DNA from: Candidatus Magasanikbacteria bacterium CG10_big_fil_rev_8_21_14_0_10_36_32 | GTDB lineage: Bacteria; Patescibacteriota; Patescibacteriia; Magasanikbacterales; GWA2-37-8 | DNA: 64,000 nucleotides | Assembly (NCBI GenBank): GCA_002778465.1 | Contig: PFBV01000005.1 | Location: 7,534 to 71,533 of the forward strand | Reading direction: 5' to 3' | Part shown: in pieces, positions 35,818 to 43,994 of the stretch | Position numbering within the stretch: position 1 is the first letter of the stretch | How the letters are laid out: every line of letters starts with the position of its first letter | Made by a program: the position numbers and the translations under genes | The notes under the pieces: generated by a model | Databases searched by the model: none | What the model was told of the DNA's origin: nothing | What the model saw: only the letters and a program-made list of their open reading frames with translations

Positions 35818-36234
35818 ATGGATAAATATCAAAAGATAGTCACAACAGGATGTCTTATGCAAAATAATAAGGTTTTAATAGTGCGTCGCTCTGATGCAGA
35901 AACATTTTTACCCGGTTATTATGAAATGCCGGGAGGAAAATGCGATTTTGGAGAAAATCCAGAAGAAAGTTTAAAACGAGAATTTAAAGAGGAAGTTGGA
36001 TTAAAAATAGAAGCTACTAAACCGTATAGGATTTTTTCATATGTGTCGGATGAAGGAAAGAGACATACTGTTGAGATTGTTTATTTAGTAAAAGATGGTG
36101 AAGGTGAGATTCAATTAGGCAAGAATCATGTTGAGTATATTTGGATTACAAAAGATGAAATTAACAAATACCGAATTTCAGATGAGATAAAAATTTCAAT
36201 TTTGAAAGGTTTTGAAGAATTTTCACAGATGTAA
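35818..36234 (+). CDS. NUDIX hydrolase.
   Basis: Nudix box GGKCDFGENPEESLKREFKEEVGL, matching Gx5Ex7REUxEExGU. Confidence 0.75.
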   Translation: MDKYQKIVTTGCLMQNNKVLIVRRSDAETFLPGYYEMPGGKCDFGENPEESLKREFKEEVGLKIEATKPYRIFSYVSDEGKRHTVEIVYLVKDGEGEIQLGKNHVEYIWITKDEINKYRISDEIKISILKGFEEFSQM

Positions 36235-36245
36235 AAATAAAAATT

Positions 36246-36845
36246 ATGAATTATCAGACAATACTGTTTGATTTTGACGGAGTATTATGTAAGGGGCGAT
36301 TTTATGAAAAAACTTTGTTGCCGGATTATCCTGAAGTATACGATTGGATTCAGTTAAATATTTTTAAGGATAAAGAATTAGTTAGAAGATGGATGAGAAA
36401 TCAAATTGATTCAATTGAGATTAATAAATTGATTAGTCAAAATACGGGTATAGAATATGAGATTTTAAAGAAGTTGTATAAAGAAAGTGTTAGGAATATT
36501 AAACTGGATGATAAATTGGTTGGTTTAGCTAAATCTATAAAATTGTCCGGTAAAAAAATCGGAATTGTAACAGACAATATGGATATATTTACTCAAATTA
36601 CTGTTCCGAATCACCGGCTTAATGTATTGTTTGATGTCATAATAAATTCGGCGGATTATGGCAGATTGAAAAATGAAGATAATGGCAAATCATTTGATGT
36701 TGCTTTATCCGATTTAGGTGAAAAAATTGAAAGTAGTTTAATGATAGATGATTCAGAATCGACGATTGAATTATATAAAAAGAAAGGCGGACACGGATTT
36801 GTATATAAAAATATTGAGGAATTAAAATCGTTTTTACGGGTATAG
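36246..36845 (+). CDS. HAD-superfamily hydrolase.
   Basis: Motif I ILFDFDGVL at the N-terminus; Asp-rich motifs later in the protein. Confidence 0.6.
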   Translation: MNYQTILFDFDGVLCKGRFYEKTLLPDYPEVYDWIQLNIFKDKELVRRWMRNQIDSIEINKLISQNTGIEYEILKKLYKESVRNIKLDDKLVGLAKSIKLSGKKIGIVTDNMDIFTQITVPNHRLNVLFDVIINSADYGRLKNEDNGKSFDVALSDLGEKIESSLMIDDSESTIELYKKKGGHGFVYKNIEELKSFLRV

Positions 36846-36856
36846 AAATAATAAAC

Positions 36857-37427
36857 ATGAAAATAATACTAGGTTCACAATCAAAGGGTCGGCGGGGAGT
36901 TTTAGAAAAAATGGGATACGAATTTGAAGTAATGCCGTCTAATATTGATGAAGAAGAAATCAGATTAGAAAATCCGCAGGAATTAACTTTGGCTTTGTCT
37001 TACGTAAAAACTAACGCTTTATTGTCAAAAATTAAAGAACCGGCAATTTTAATCACTTCTGATCAAGTAGTCTGTTGGAATGGAACGGCTTCGTGAAAAA
37101 CCGGAAAACGAAGCTCAGGCAAGAGAATATTTATCTCGGGCAGTTGAATATCCTTTGGAAACGGTTACGGCTGTAGTGATTACTAATACTGTCACAGGTA
37201 AACAAGAGGAAGGAATAGATGTTGCAAAAGTTTATTTTTTAGATATTCCGGAAGAAACAATTGAAAAATTAATTAAAGAAGGACATATTTTTCATCAGGC
37301 TGGAGGATTTTCTATTGATGACCCGTTAGTGAGAGATTTTGTCAAACAAATTGAAGGGGAGCCGGAAAGTATTATTGGTTTGCCGAAAAAATTAACTGAA
37401 AGATTGATAGGGGAAGTTAAAAAGTGA
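36857..37427 (+). pseudogene. maf: Maf-family nucleoside triphosphate pyrophosphatase, split by a +1 frameshift near 37075-37085.
   Basis: The N-terminal half MKIILGSQSKGRRGVLEKMGYEFEVMPSNIDEE...ITSDQVVCWNG ends at TGA. The C-terminal half ERLREKPENEAQAREYL...IGLPKKL continues in the next frame. Together they form one Maf-length protein. Confidence 0.6.
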
Positions 37428-37507
37428 AAGCCTTTTGTCCACTTGCCAAAATTATAAAAAAGCGTTAAAATCACTGAAAATATATTTTTATTTAATTTAT
37501 CAGTTTT

Positions 37508-39553
37508 ATGGCTCATAAAAAAACATTTATTAAAACCATAACCAAAACTCAGGCTCGCTGGAGAGTGGCCGGTATTGCGATTTTGGCTATTGTTTGTTTG
37601 TTTTTAGTTTTACCAAATTATGTTAATGTTGGATTAAATTGGGTTAACAATCAGGTTAATTTAGGTTTACCATTATTACCGGAGTCAAGTTTTAATTTGG
37701 GTTTGGATTTGCAAGGAGGAGCTCATTTGGTTTATAAGGCTGATGTGATCAAAGTCGCGCCAGATCAGCGTGCAGCTTCAGTTGAAGGTGTCCGAGATGT
37801 GATTGAAAGAAGAGTTCGTGGCGGTTTGGGTGTGGCTGAACCTTTGGTTCAAACCACTAAATTTGGAGAAGAACACAGAGTGATTGTGGAGTTGCCAGGT
37901 GTTACCAATGTTTCTGATGCTATTCAAATGATTGGTGAAACTCCTGTTTTGGAATTTAAAGAAGAAAATAATGATCCACCAAGAGAGTTAACTGTTACGG
38001 AGAAGAAAGATTTAGATGAATTTAATCGATTGGCTGATAAAAAAATTAGAGAAGCGAAAAATGCTTTATACAGAATGAATTTTGAAGAAGCGGTTGGGCA
38101 ATATTCTGAAGATGAAGCCAGTAAAAAAGAATCAGGTAAAATCGGATTTATTACAGAAACAGGCTATCCAGAAATGTATAGCTGGGCTAAAACAGCTGCT
38201 ATTGGTGATGTTTCCGGTGTTATTAAAACAGCCGACGGTTATAGTATAGTTAAAAAATTATCTGAACGAACCGGAGAAAAATCAATCCAAGCATCACATT
38301 TGTTAATTTGTTATAGAGGCGCTGAACGTTGTGATGCAACTTATACCAAATCGTCTGCCAAAGAAAAAATTGAAGAACTTCAAAAACAGATAAATAAAGA
38401 TAATTTTGTTGAATTAACTAAACAATATTCTACCGAACCGGGCGCCCAAGAAGGTGGCGGTGATTTAGGTTTATTTAAAAAAGGAGAAATGGTGCCGGCG
38501 TTTGAAAATGCCGTTTGGGATTTGCCAATGAACACTGTTTCGGAAGTGATTGAAACAGAATTTGGTTATCATTTAGCTATTAAAATAGGAGAAGAACAGA
38601 AAATGGAGTATGAGTTGGCAAAAATTTTTGTTCCTACAAAAAGTGTAACAGACATTATTCCTCCAGTTGGTGAATGGAAGATTACCGGTTTAGACGGGTC
38701 ATTGTTAAAACGAGCTGAGGTTGTACAGAATAGTCAAATTGGAGAAATTCAAGTTAGCTTGACCTTTAACGATGAAGGCGCAAAATTATTTGGCGATATT
38801 ACCAGACGCAATATTGATAAGCCTGTGGCTATTTTCTTGGATGGTGAAGCAATCAGTATACCGAAAGTCAACGAACCAATCCTGGATGGTAGTGCGGTGA
38901 TTACCGGTGGATTTACTTGGGATGAAGCTAAATTATTAGCGCAGCGTTTAAATTCTGGTGCATTGCCTGTTCCTGTTGAATTAATTAGTCAACAGAAAAT
39001 TGATGCCGCTTTGGGTGTTGATTCGTTGACTACCAGTTTTAAGGCCGGATTGATTGGCTTATTACTGGTTATTATATTTATGGTATTCTATTATCGTTTA
39101 CCGGGTTTAATTTCAGTCTTAGCTTTATTAATTTACGCGGCTATCACATTAGCCATCTTTAAGGTTATTGGTGTTACCTTGACCCTTTCTGGAATTGCAG
39201 GTTTTATACTATCTGTTGGTATGGCAGTAGACGCGAATGTGTTGGTATTTGAACGTTTAAAAGAAGAATTAAAACAGGGTAAAAGCTTAAAACCGGCAAT
39301 GGAAGAAGCTTTTGTTCGCGCTTGGACTTCTATTCGTGACAGTAATGTTACCACATTAATCAGTTGTGCATTTTTAATTTGGATGGACATTGGTTTTGTT
39401 CAGGGTTTTGCCGTTACGTTGGCAATTGGTATTTTAGTTAGTATGTTTACTGCTATTATTGTCACTCGAAATTTAATGCGTGTATTTTTTAGCTGTTTCA
39501 AAGACAAAGCTAATTGGTTGTTTTTGGGAAGCTCGTCTAATAAAGAACAATAA
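37508..39553 (+). CDS. secD: Protein translocase subunit SecD with a parvulin-type (PpiC) peptidyl-prolyl isomerase domain inserted in the periplasmic region.
   Basis: SecD N-terminus LNLGLDLQGGAHLVY. Parvulin signature IQASHLLICY...GGGDLGLFKKGEMVPAFENAVWDLPMNTVSEVIETEFGYHLAIKI. C-terminal SecD/F transmembrane bundle. Confidence 0.8.
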   Translation: MAHKKTFIKTITKTQARWRVAGIAILAIVCLFLVLPNYVNVGLNWVNNQVNLGLPLLPESSFNLGLDLQGGAHLVYKADVIKVAPDQRAASVEGVRDVIERRVRGGLGVAEPLVQTTKFGEEHRVIVELPGVTNVSDAIQMIGETPVLEFKEENNDPPRELTVTEKKDLDEFNRLADKKIREAKNALYRMNFEEAVGQYSEDEASKKESGKIGFITETGYPEMYSWAKTAAIGDVSGVIKTADGYSIVKKLSERTGEKSIQASHLLICYRGAERCDATYTKSSAKEKIEELQKQINKDNFVELTKQYSTEPGAQEGGGDLGLFKKGEMVPAFENAVWDLPMNTVSEVIETEFGYHLAIKIGEEQKMEYELAKIFVPTKSVTDIIPPVGEWKITGLDGSLLKRAEVVQNSQIGEIQVSLTFNDEGAKLFGDITRRNIDKPVAIFLDGEAISIPKVNEPILDGSAVITGGFTWDEAKLLAQRLNSGALPVPVELISQQKIDAALGVDSLTTSFKAGLIGLLLVIIFMVFYYRLPGLISVLALLIYAAITLAIFKVIGVTLTLSGIAGFILSVGMAVDANVLVFERLKEELKQGKSLKPAMEEAFVRAWTSIRDSNVTTLISCAFLIWMDIGFVQGFAVTLAIGILVSMFTAIIVTRNLMRVFFSCFKDKANWLFLGSSSNKEQ

Positions 39554-39563
39554 TTTTTTTCAT

Positions 39564-40475
39564 ATGAATATACCGTTCATCAAATATTCAAAATTTTTTC
39601 TTAGTTTTAGCATTGTGGTAACCGTAGTAGCCTTGATGTCTTTATTTTTTTGGGGATTAAAACCAGGGATTGATTTTACCGGCGGTTCGTTAATGGAATT
39701 GAATTTTGCCAATAATCGTCCGGAAACATCAGAAGTACAACAGGTTTTAGGAGAAATGGATTATAGAAGTGTCACGATTCAAAAAACCGGCGAAAAGGGG
39801 TTGATTATTCGTACTGCTTTTTTAACGGAAGATAAACACCAAGAAGTCTTACAAAATATTAAGGATAGTTTCAATCAAGACGATAACATGGTGGTTGAAA
39901 GCAGTTTCCAGACCATTGGACCGTCGGTGAGTCAGCAATTGCGTCAGCGTTCTCTTTGGGCAATAATTTTGGTCAGTTTGGGTATTATTTTTTATATTGC
40001 TTATGCTTTTAGAAAAGTTTCTAAGCCGGTAGCCAGCTGGAAATATGGCGCGTTAGCCATAGTGGCTATGATTCATGATGTTTTGTTAGTCGTAGGTGTA
40101 TTTGCTTTTTTAGGCAAGTTTGCGGGAGTGGAAGTTGATGTTGCTTTTGTTGTAGCTATGTTGACAGTTATCGGTTATTCAATCAATGATACCATTGTTG
40201 TTTATGATCGCATTCGAGAAAATTTACTTCACCACACATCGTGGAGTTTTGCTGATTTGGTTAATTATGGTTTAAATCAAACCATGATGCGTTCAATTAA
40301 CACCACCCTAACCACTTTATTGCCATTGTTGGCTTTATATTTCTTCGGAGGTGCAACTATCCATAATTTTGTATTAGCGTTATTGATTGGTATCGCTAGT
40401 GGTGCTTATTCTTCCATATTTATTGCCAGCCCATTGTTAGTTTTGGTAGAAAAATGGCAAGCACGAAGAGCTTAA
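39564..40475 (+). CDS. secF: Protein translocase subunit SecF.
   Basis: Begins MNIPFIKYSKFF. IDFTGGSLMEL motif and six transmembrane helices. The start was taken at the internal ATG. Confidence 0.8.
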   Translation: MNIPFIKYSKFFLSFSIVVTVVALMSLFFWGLKPGIDFTGGSLMELNFANNRPETSEVQQVLGEMDYRSVTIQKTGEKGLIIRTAFLTEDKHQEVLQNIKDSFNQDDNMVVESSFQTIGPSVSQQLRQRSLWAIILVSLGIIFYIAYAFRKVSKPVASWKYGALAIVAMIHDVLLVVGVFAFLGKFAGVEVDVAFVVAMLTVIGYSINDTIVVYDRIRENLLHHTSWSFADLVNYGLNQTMMRSINTTLTTLLPLLALYFFGGATIHNFVLALLIGIASGAYSSIFIASPLLVLVEKWQARRA

Positions 40476-40500
40476 TTTTTTGGCTAAAATAAAGTAAATT

Positions 40501-40534
40501 AACCCCGTATCAAATTTTGTGGTGATGCGGGGTT
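40501..40534 (+). terminator. Intrinsic terminator (aaccccgtatcaaattttgtggtgatgcggggtttt).
   Basis: About 10-bp stem with one G-U pair, then a T-run, after secF. Confidence 0.5.
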
Positions 40535-40582
40535 TTAATATGTGTTATTTTGTGGTACAATATAATTGAATTTAATATATTT

Positions 40583-40745
40583 TATGAGTGATAACGCGGT
40601 TAAACATTTGGTAGCTATGTTTGCCACCATAATTTGTGTGCTGGCTTATCTAGCCGGTTATTTTTCCGGTCAATTGGATTGGTGGTGGACAGTATTTTCC
40701 GTATTAATAATTTACGGCGGAATTTACCGTTTGATGAGTAAATAA
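40583..40745 (+). CDS. Unannotated small ORF of about 53 aa with two hydrophobic helices. A candidate VirB3/VirB2-like small membrane protein immediately upstream of the VirB4-N-domain paralog. Coordinates are accurate to about one nucleotide.
   Basis: Translation MSDNAVKHLVAMFATIICVLAYLAGYFSGQLDWWWTVFSVLIIYGGIYRLMSK. It is absent from the ORF track because it is shorter than 60 aa. It ends 15 nt before the 40760 gene. Confidence 0.35.
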
Positions 40746-40759
40746 TTAAGCGTCAGAAT

Positions 40760-42142
40760 ATGCCGCCGATTATTTTTGACACACCTTTTGGTTTTAGTAT
40801 TGATCTGTCTTTTTGGCAGGATTTTTTCAGCATGTCCATTTCACAACAGTTGAAAGGTTTTTTTGTTTTTATTATTTGGTGGGCGGTAGCGTTAATATTA
40901 TTTAATTTTGCGTTACAAAAATGGGTGGCTTGCCGGCAAAAAAAATATGTCAGTGATTGGCAGTGGTCTGTTTTAGCGGTGGATGTACCAGCTTTGTATG
41001 TTCAATCACCAAAAGCAGTAGAACAAATTTTTGTTAATTTAAGCGGCGCGGCTTTTTCACCAAAATTATTTGATAAATATTGGACAGGTAAAATACCAAA
41101 ATGGTTTAGTTTTGAAATTATAAGTATTGAAGGTTATATTCAGTTTTTGGTTCGTACGGAATCGGAATTTCGTGATTTGGTTGAAGCGGCTATTTATGCC
41201 CAATATCCGGAAGCAGAAATTACTGAGGTAGAGGATTATGTTGGAAATATTCCAGATATGTTTCCAAATGAAACGCATGAAATTGCTGGTGCGGAATTCA
41301 CTTTGTTACAAAATGAAGCTTATCCGATTCGTACTTATCCGCATTTTGAATATAAAATCAGTAAAGATGTTGTTTTTAGTGATCCAATGGCGGCAATTTT
41401 GGAAAATTTTTCACGCATCGGTTCAGGAGAAAATTTTTGGATGCAATTGGTGGTTAAACCAGCGGATAACAGTTGGAAGAAAAATGGAATTGATTTAGTT
41501 AAAAAAATAATTTCCAACAAAAAAGAATCTAAAGCGCCGTCAATTGTTTCGGTGGTTGGAGGTTTGCCGGAAGTTGCATTGAAAACAGCTATTCAAATTT
41601 GGAATTGGGAATTTGAAACAGAAAAGAAGGAAGAAACTTCTGGTAAAGTTTCAGATTTAACGCCGGGAATGAAACAGGTAGTGGAAGCAATTGAAGAAAA
41701 AATTTCTAAACTTGGTTTTTATTCTCGTTTAAGAGTTTTGTATTCGGCAAAAAAAGAAGTTTTTAATCCACGCAAATGTTTGGCTGGTTTAGTAGGTTCT
41801 TTAAATCAGTTCTATATCGCTGATCGTAATGGTTTGGCGGCGCAAAAAGCCGGAGGTTCCGATTTGGTCTTATCTTTTAAACAAAGAAAATTAAAATTTT
41901 TTAAGAGCTCCAAGGTAAAAGCTGTGAATGAACCCTATGTTTTAAATATTGAAGAGTTGGCTACTTTGTGGCATTTTCCGTTACCTGACGTAAAAACACC
42001 TCTAGTACAAAAATCATCAGCTAAACGCGGTGAACCGCCGACAAATTTACCTGTGGATAGTCCTGATAGTTTACCAACCAAAGATGAAGGTATTACGGAT
42101 GATTTACCAGTTGTTCCACCAGAAGAATTGCCATATGCCTAA
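40760..42142 (+). CDS. Paralog of the N-terminal (non-ATPase) region of the VirB4/TrbE-like ATPase encoded at 54997-57552. One N-terminal transmembrane helix. No P-loop.
   Basis: IYAQYPEAEITEVEDY...LVVKPADNSWKKNGIDLVKKI...EELATLWHFPLPDVKTP aligns with IHAQYPHAEITEETDY...YVVRPASTEWRKDGVRIIREI...EEMASFWHLPTSLTETP of the 851-aa protein. Confidence 0.55.
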   Translation: MPPIIFDTPFGFSIDLSFWQDFFSMSISQQLKGFFVFIIWWAVALILFNFALQKWVACRQKKYVSDWQWSVLAVDVPALYVQSPKAVEQIFVNLSGAAFSPKLFDKYWTGKIPKWFSFEIISIEGYIQFLVRTESEFRDLVEAAIYAQYPEAEITEVEDYVGNIPDMFPNETHEIAGAEFTLLQNEAYPIRTYPHFEYKISKDVVFSDPMAAILENFSRIGSGENFWMQLVVKPADNSWKKNGIDLVKKIISNKKESKAPSIVSVVGGLPEVALKTAIQIWNWEFETEKKEETSGKVSDLTPGMKQVVEAIEEKISKLGFYSRLRVLYSAKKEVFNPRKCLAGLVGSLNQFYIADRNGLAAQKAGGSDLVLSFKQRKLKFFKSSKVKAVNEPYVLNIEELATLWHFPLPDVKTPLVQKSSAKRGEPPTNLPVDSPDSLPTKDEGITDDLPVVPPEELPYA

Positions 42143-43097
42143 AAAATGGTTTGAATTTAAAAAACCGATTATTGCTTTAGCTCCAATGGCTGATTATACA
42201 GATCAGCCATTTTGTTTATTGTGTCGAAAAATTTCCGGCAACGACTTTGTTATTTTTAGGGAAATGGTAAGTGCTGAAGCGATTGTTCGTCAAAACAAAA
42301 AGACTTTGAAGATGTGTAAAATTAACAATAAAGAACGTCCGGTTGTCATACAAATTTTTGGTGCCAAATCGGAAACAATAGTTGAGGCGGCCAAAATTAT
42401 TGTTAAAAAATTTAAACCGGACGGAATTGATATAAATATGGGTTGTCCAGTAGCGAAAATTGCTGGTAAAAATATGGCCGGCGCATCGCTAATGAAAGAT
42501 ACGGTTAGAGCGGCGAAGATTGTTAAAGCGTTAAAAATTGCTAAATTAGGGGTGCCAATATCAGTTAAAACTCGTTTAGGTTGGAATGATAAAAAAGAAA
42601 TTTTAAAGTTTGCCCCAATATTAGAAACAGCTGGCGCGGATTTAATTTCTATTCATGGACGGACTAAATCACAAGGTTATTCTGGCGAGGTTGATTGGTC
42701 AATGATCGGACAAGCGGTTAAAATGGTTAAAATTCCAGTATTGGCGAATGGTAATATTCGTACTGTTGAAGATATAAAAAAATGTTTGGACATTACTAAA
42801 GCGGCCGGCGTAATGATAGGTCGTGGAGCAATGGGAAAACCATGGATATTCCGAGAAATTCAAAATTTAAAATCAAAAATTAAAAATAATAAAGAAGAAA
42901 TAAAAAAAATTGTTTTGCAACATGCTAAATTACATTTTGAACATTATGGCGAAAGAAGTATGGTTACTTTCCGCAAGCATTTGGCTTGGTATTTTAAAGG
43001 GGATCAAATTGTGGAATTAGAAAATTTAAAAGATTTAAGAATCAAATTAATGAAAATTAATTCTTTATCAGAATTAGAAGAATTGTTGAAATTTTAA
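42135..43097 (+). CDS. dusB: tRNA-dihydrouridine synthase.
   Basis: IALAPMADYTDQPF and the TIM-barrel FMN motifs. The start at MPKKWFEF overlaps the upstream stop by 8 nt. Confidence 0.8.
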   Translation: MPKKWFEFKKPIIALAPMADYTDQPFCLLCRKISGNDFVIFREMVSAEAIVRQNKKTLKMCKINNKERPVVIQIFGAKSETIVEAAKIIVKKFKPDGIDINMGCPVAKIAGKNMAGASLMKDTVRAAKIVKALKIAKLGVPISVKTRLGWNDKKEILKFAPILETAGADLISIHGRTKSQGYSGEVDWSMIGQAVKMVKIPVLANGNIRTVEDIKKCLDITKAAGVMIGRGAMGKPWIFREIQNLKSKIKNNKEEIKKIVLQHAKLHFEHYGERSMVTFRKHLAWYFKGDQIVELENLKDLRIKLMKINSLSELEELLKF

Positions 43098-43781
43098 TTT
43101 CAACATTACGATAAAAAATTCAATAATATCTTTTTTATTAAGTTTGGATTGGTCGTGTTTTCGGTTTGGAAAGTTTACAGGCACTTCCACCACTTTATTT
43201 CCCGTGCGTTCCACTTTGAATAGAATTTCTTCTTGAAAAGCATAACCATTGCTTTTTATTTTTTTCAAATCAATTTTTTCTAAAGTTGATTTTTTAAAGC
43301 AACGAAATCCGGCGGTTACATCTTTTGTTTTTAAATTTAAAATTAGTCTGGCGAAAAACATTGCTCCGTTACTCATTAATTTTCTTTTCAAATTCCAACC
43401 CTCAATTTTTCCACCGGCGATTTTTCGCGAACCAATTGTTAAATCAGCACCATTAGCACAAGTTGTAATTAATAGCGGAATATCCTTTGGATTATGTGAC
43501 AAATCAGCATCCATCTCAATAATATAATCAGCATCCATCTCAAAAGCTTTTTGAAAACCAATTAAATAAGCTGAACCTATCCCGAGTTTTTTGGGGCGCT
43601 GAATTAGATGAATCGGATGTTTAATTTGCATTTTTTTTATTGTGTCAGCTGTACCATCTGGCGAATTGTCATCAATAAATAAGATTTCCAATCCAGAAAT
43701 ATTTAAAGAAAAAATTTGTTCAACCAGTGATTCAACATTATTTTTTTCATTATAAGTTGGGATAATAATAATTGTTTTCAT
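43074..43781 (-). CDS. Family 2 glycosyltransferase (dolichyl/polyprenyl-phosphate mannosyl- or glucosyltransferase-like).
   Basis: IIIPTYNEKNNV...FIDDNSPDGTADTI and the DAD motif MDADLSH. Confidence 0.75.
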   Translation of the reverse strand: MKTIIIIPTYNEKNNVESLVEQIFSLNISGLEILFIDDNSPDGTADTIKKMQIKHPIHLIQRPKKLGIGSAYLIGFQKAFEMDADYIIEMDADLSHNPKDIPLLITTCANGADLTIGSRKIAGGKIEGWNLKRKLMSNGAMFFARLILNLKTKDVTAGFRCFKKSTLEKIDLKKIKSNGYAFQEEILFKVERTGNKVVEVPVNFPNRKHDQSKLNKKDIIEFFIVMLKLKFQQFF

Positions 43782-43905
43782 AAGACTAATTAGATGCCGT
43801 TAATTCAAGACTTTTTAGTGTTGGGTTAATTATATATGAAAGATAATATATGGACAAGTTGTTCGGCGATTATTTTTTTTATTAACTAAGTCAGATTGAC
43901 ATTGT

Positions 43906-43914
43906 TGATATAAT
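43906..43914 (+). promoter_or_regulatory. Extended -10 element TGaTATAAT upstream of the metallopeptidase gene.
   Basis: gttgaTATAATgtg read directly. No good -35 at 17-nt spacing. Confidence 0.3.
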
Positions 43915-43994
43915 GTGCTAATTTAATTTTATACTTTGTTCTTTAACAATTAACCAATCTCAACAAGATCGGAACAACGCAAGAGAGGTGGAGA

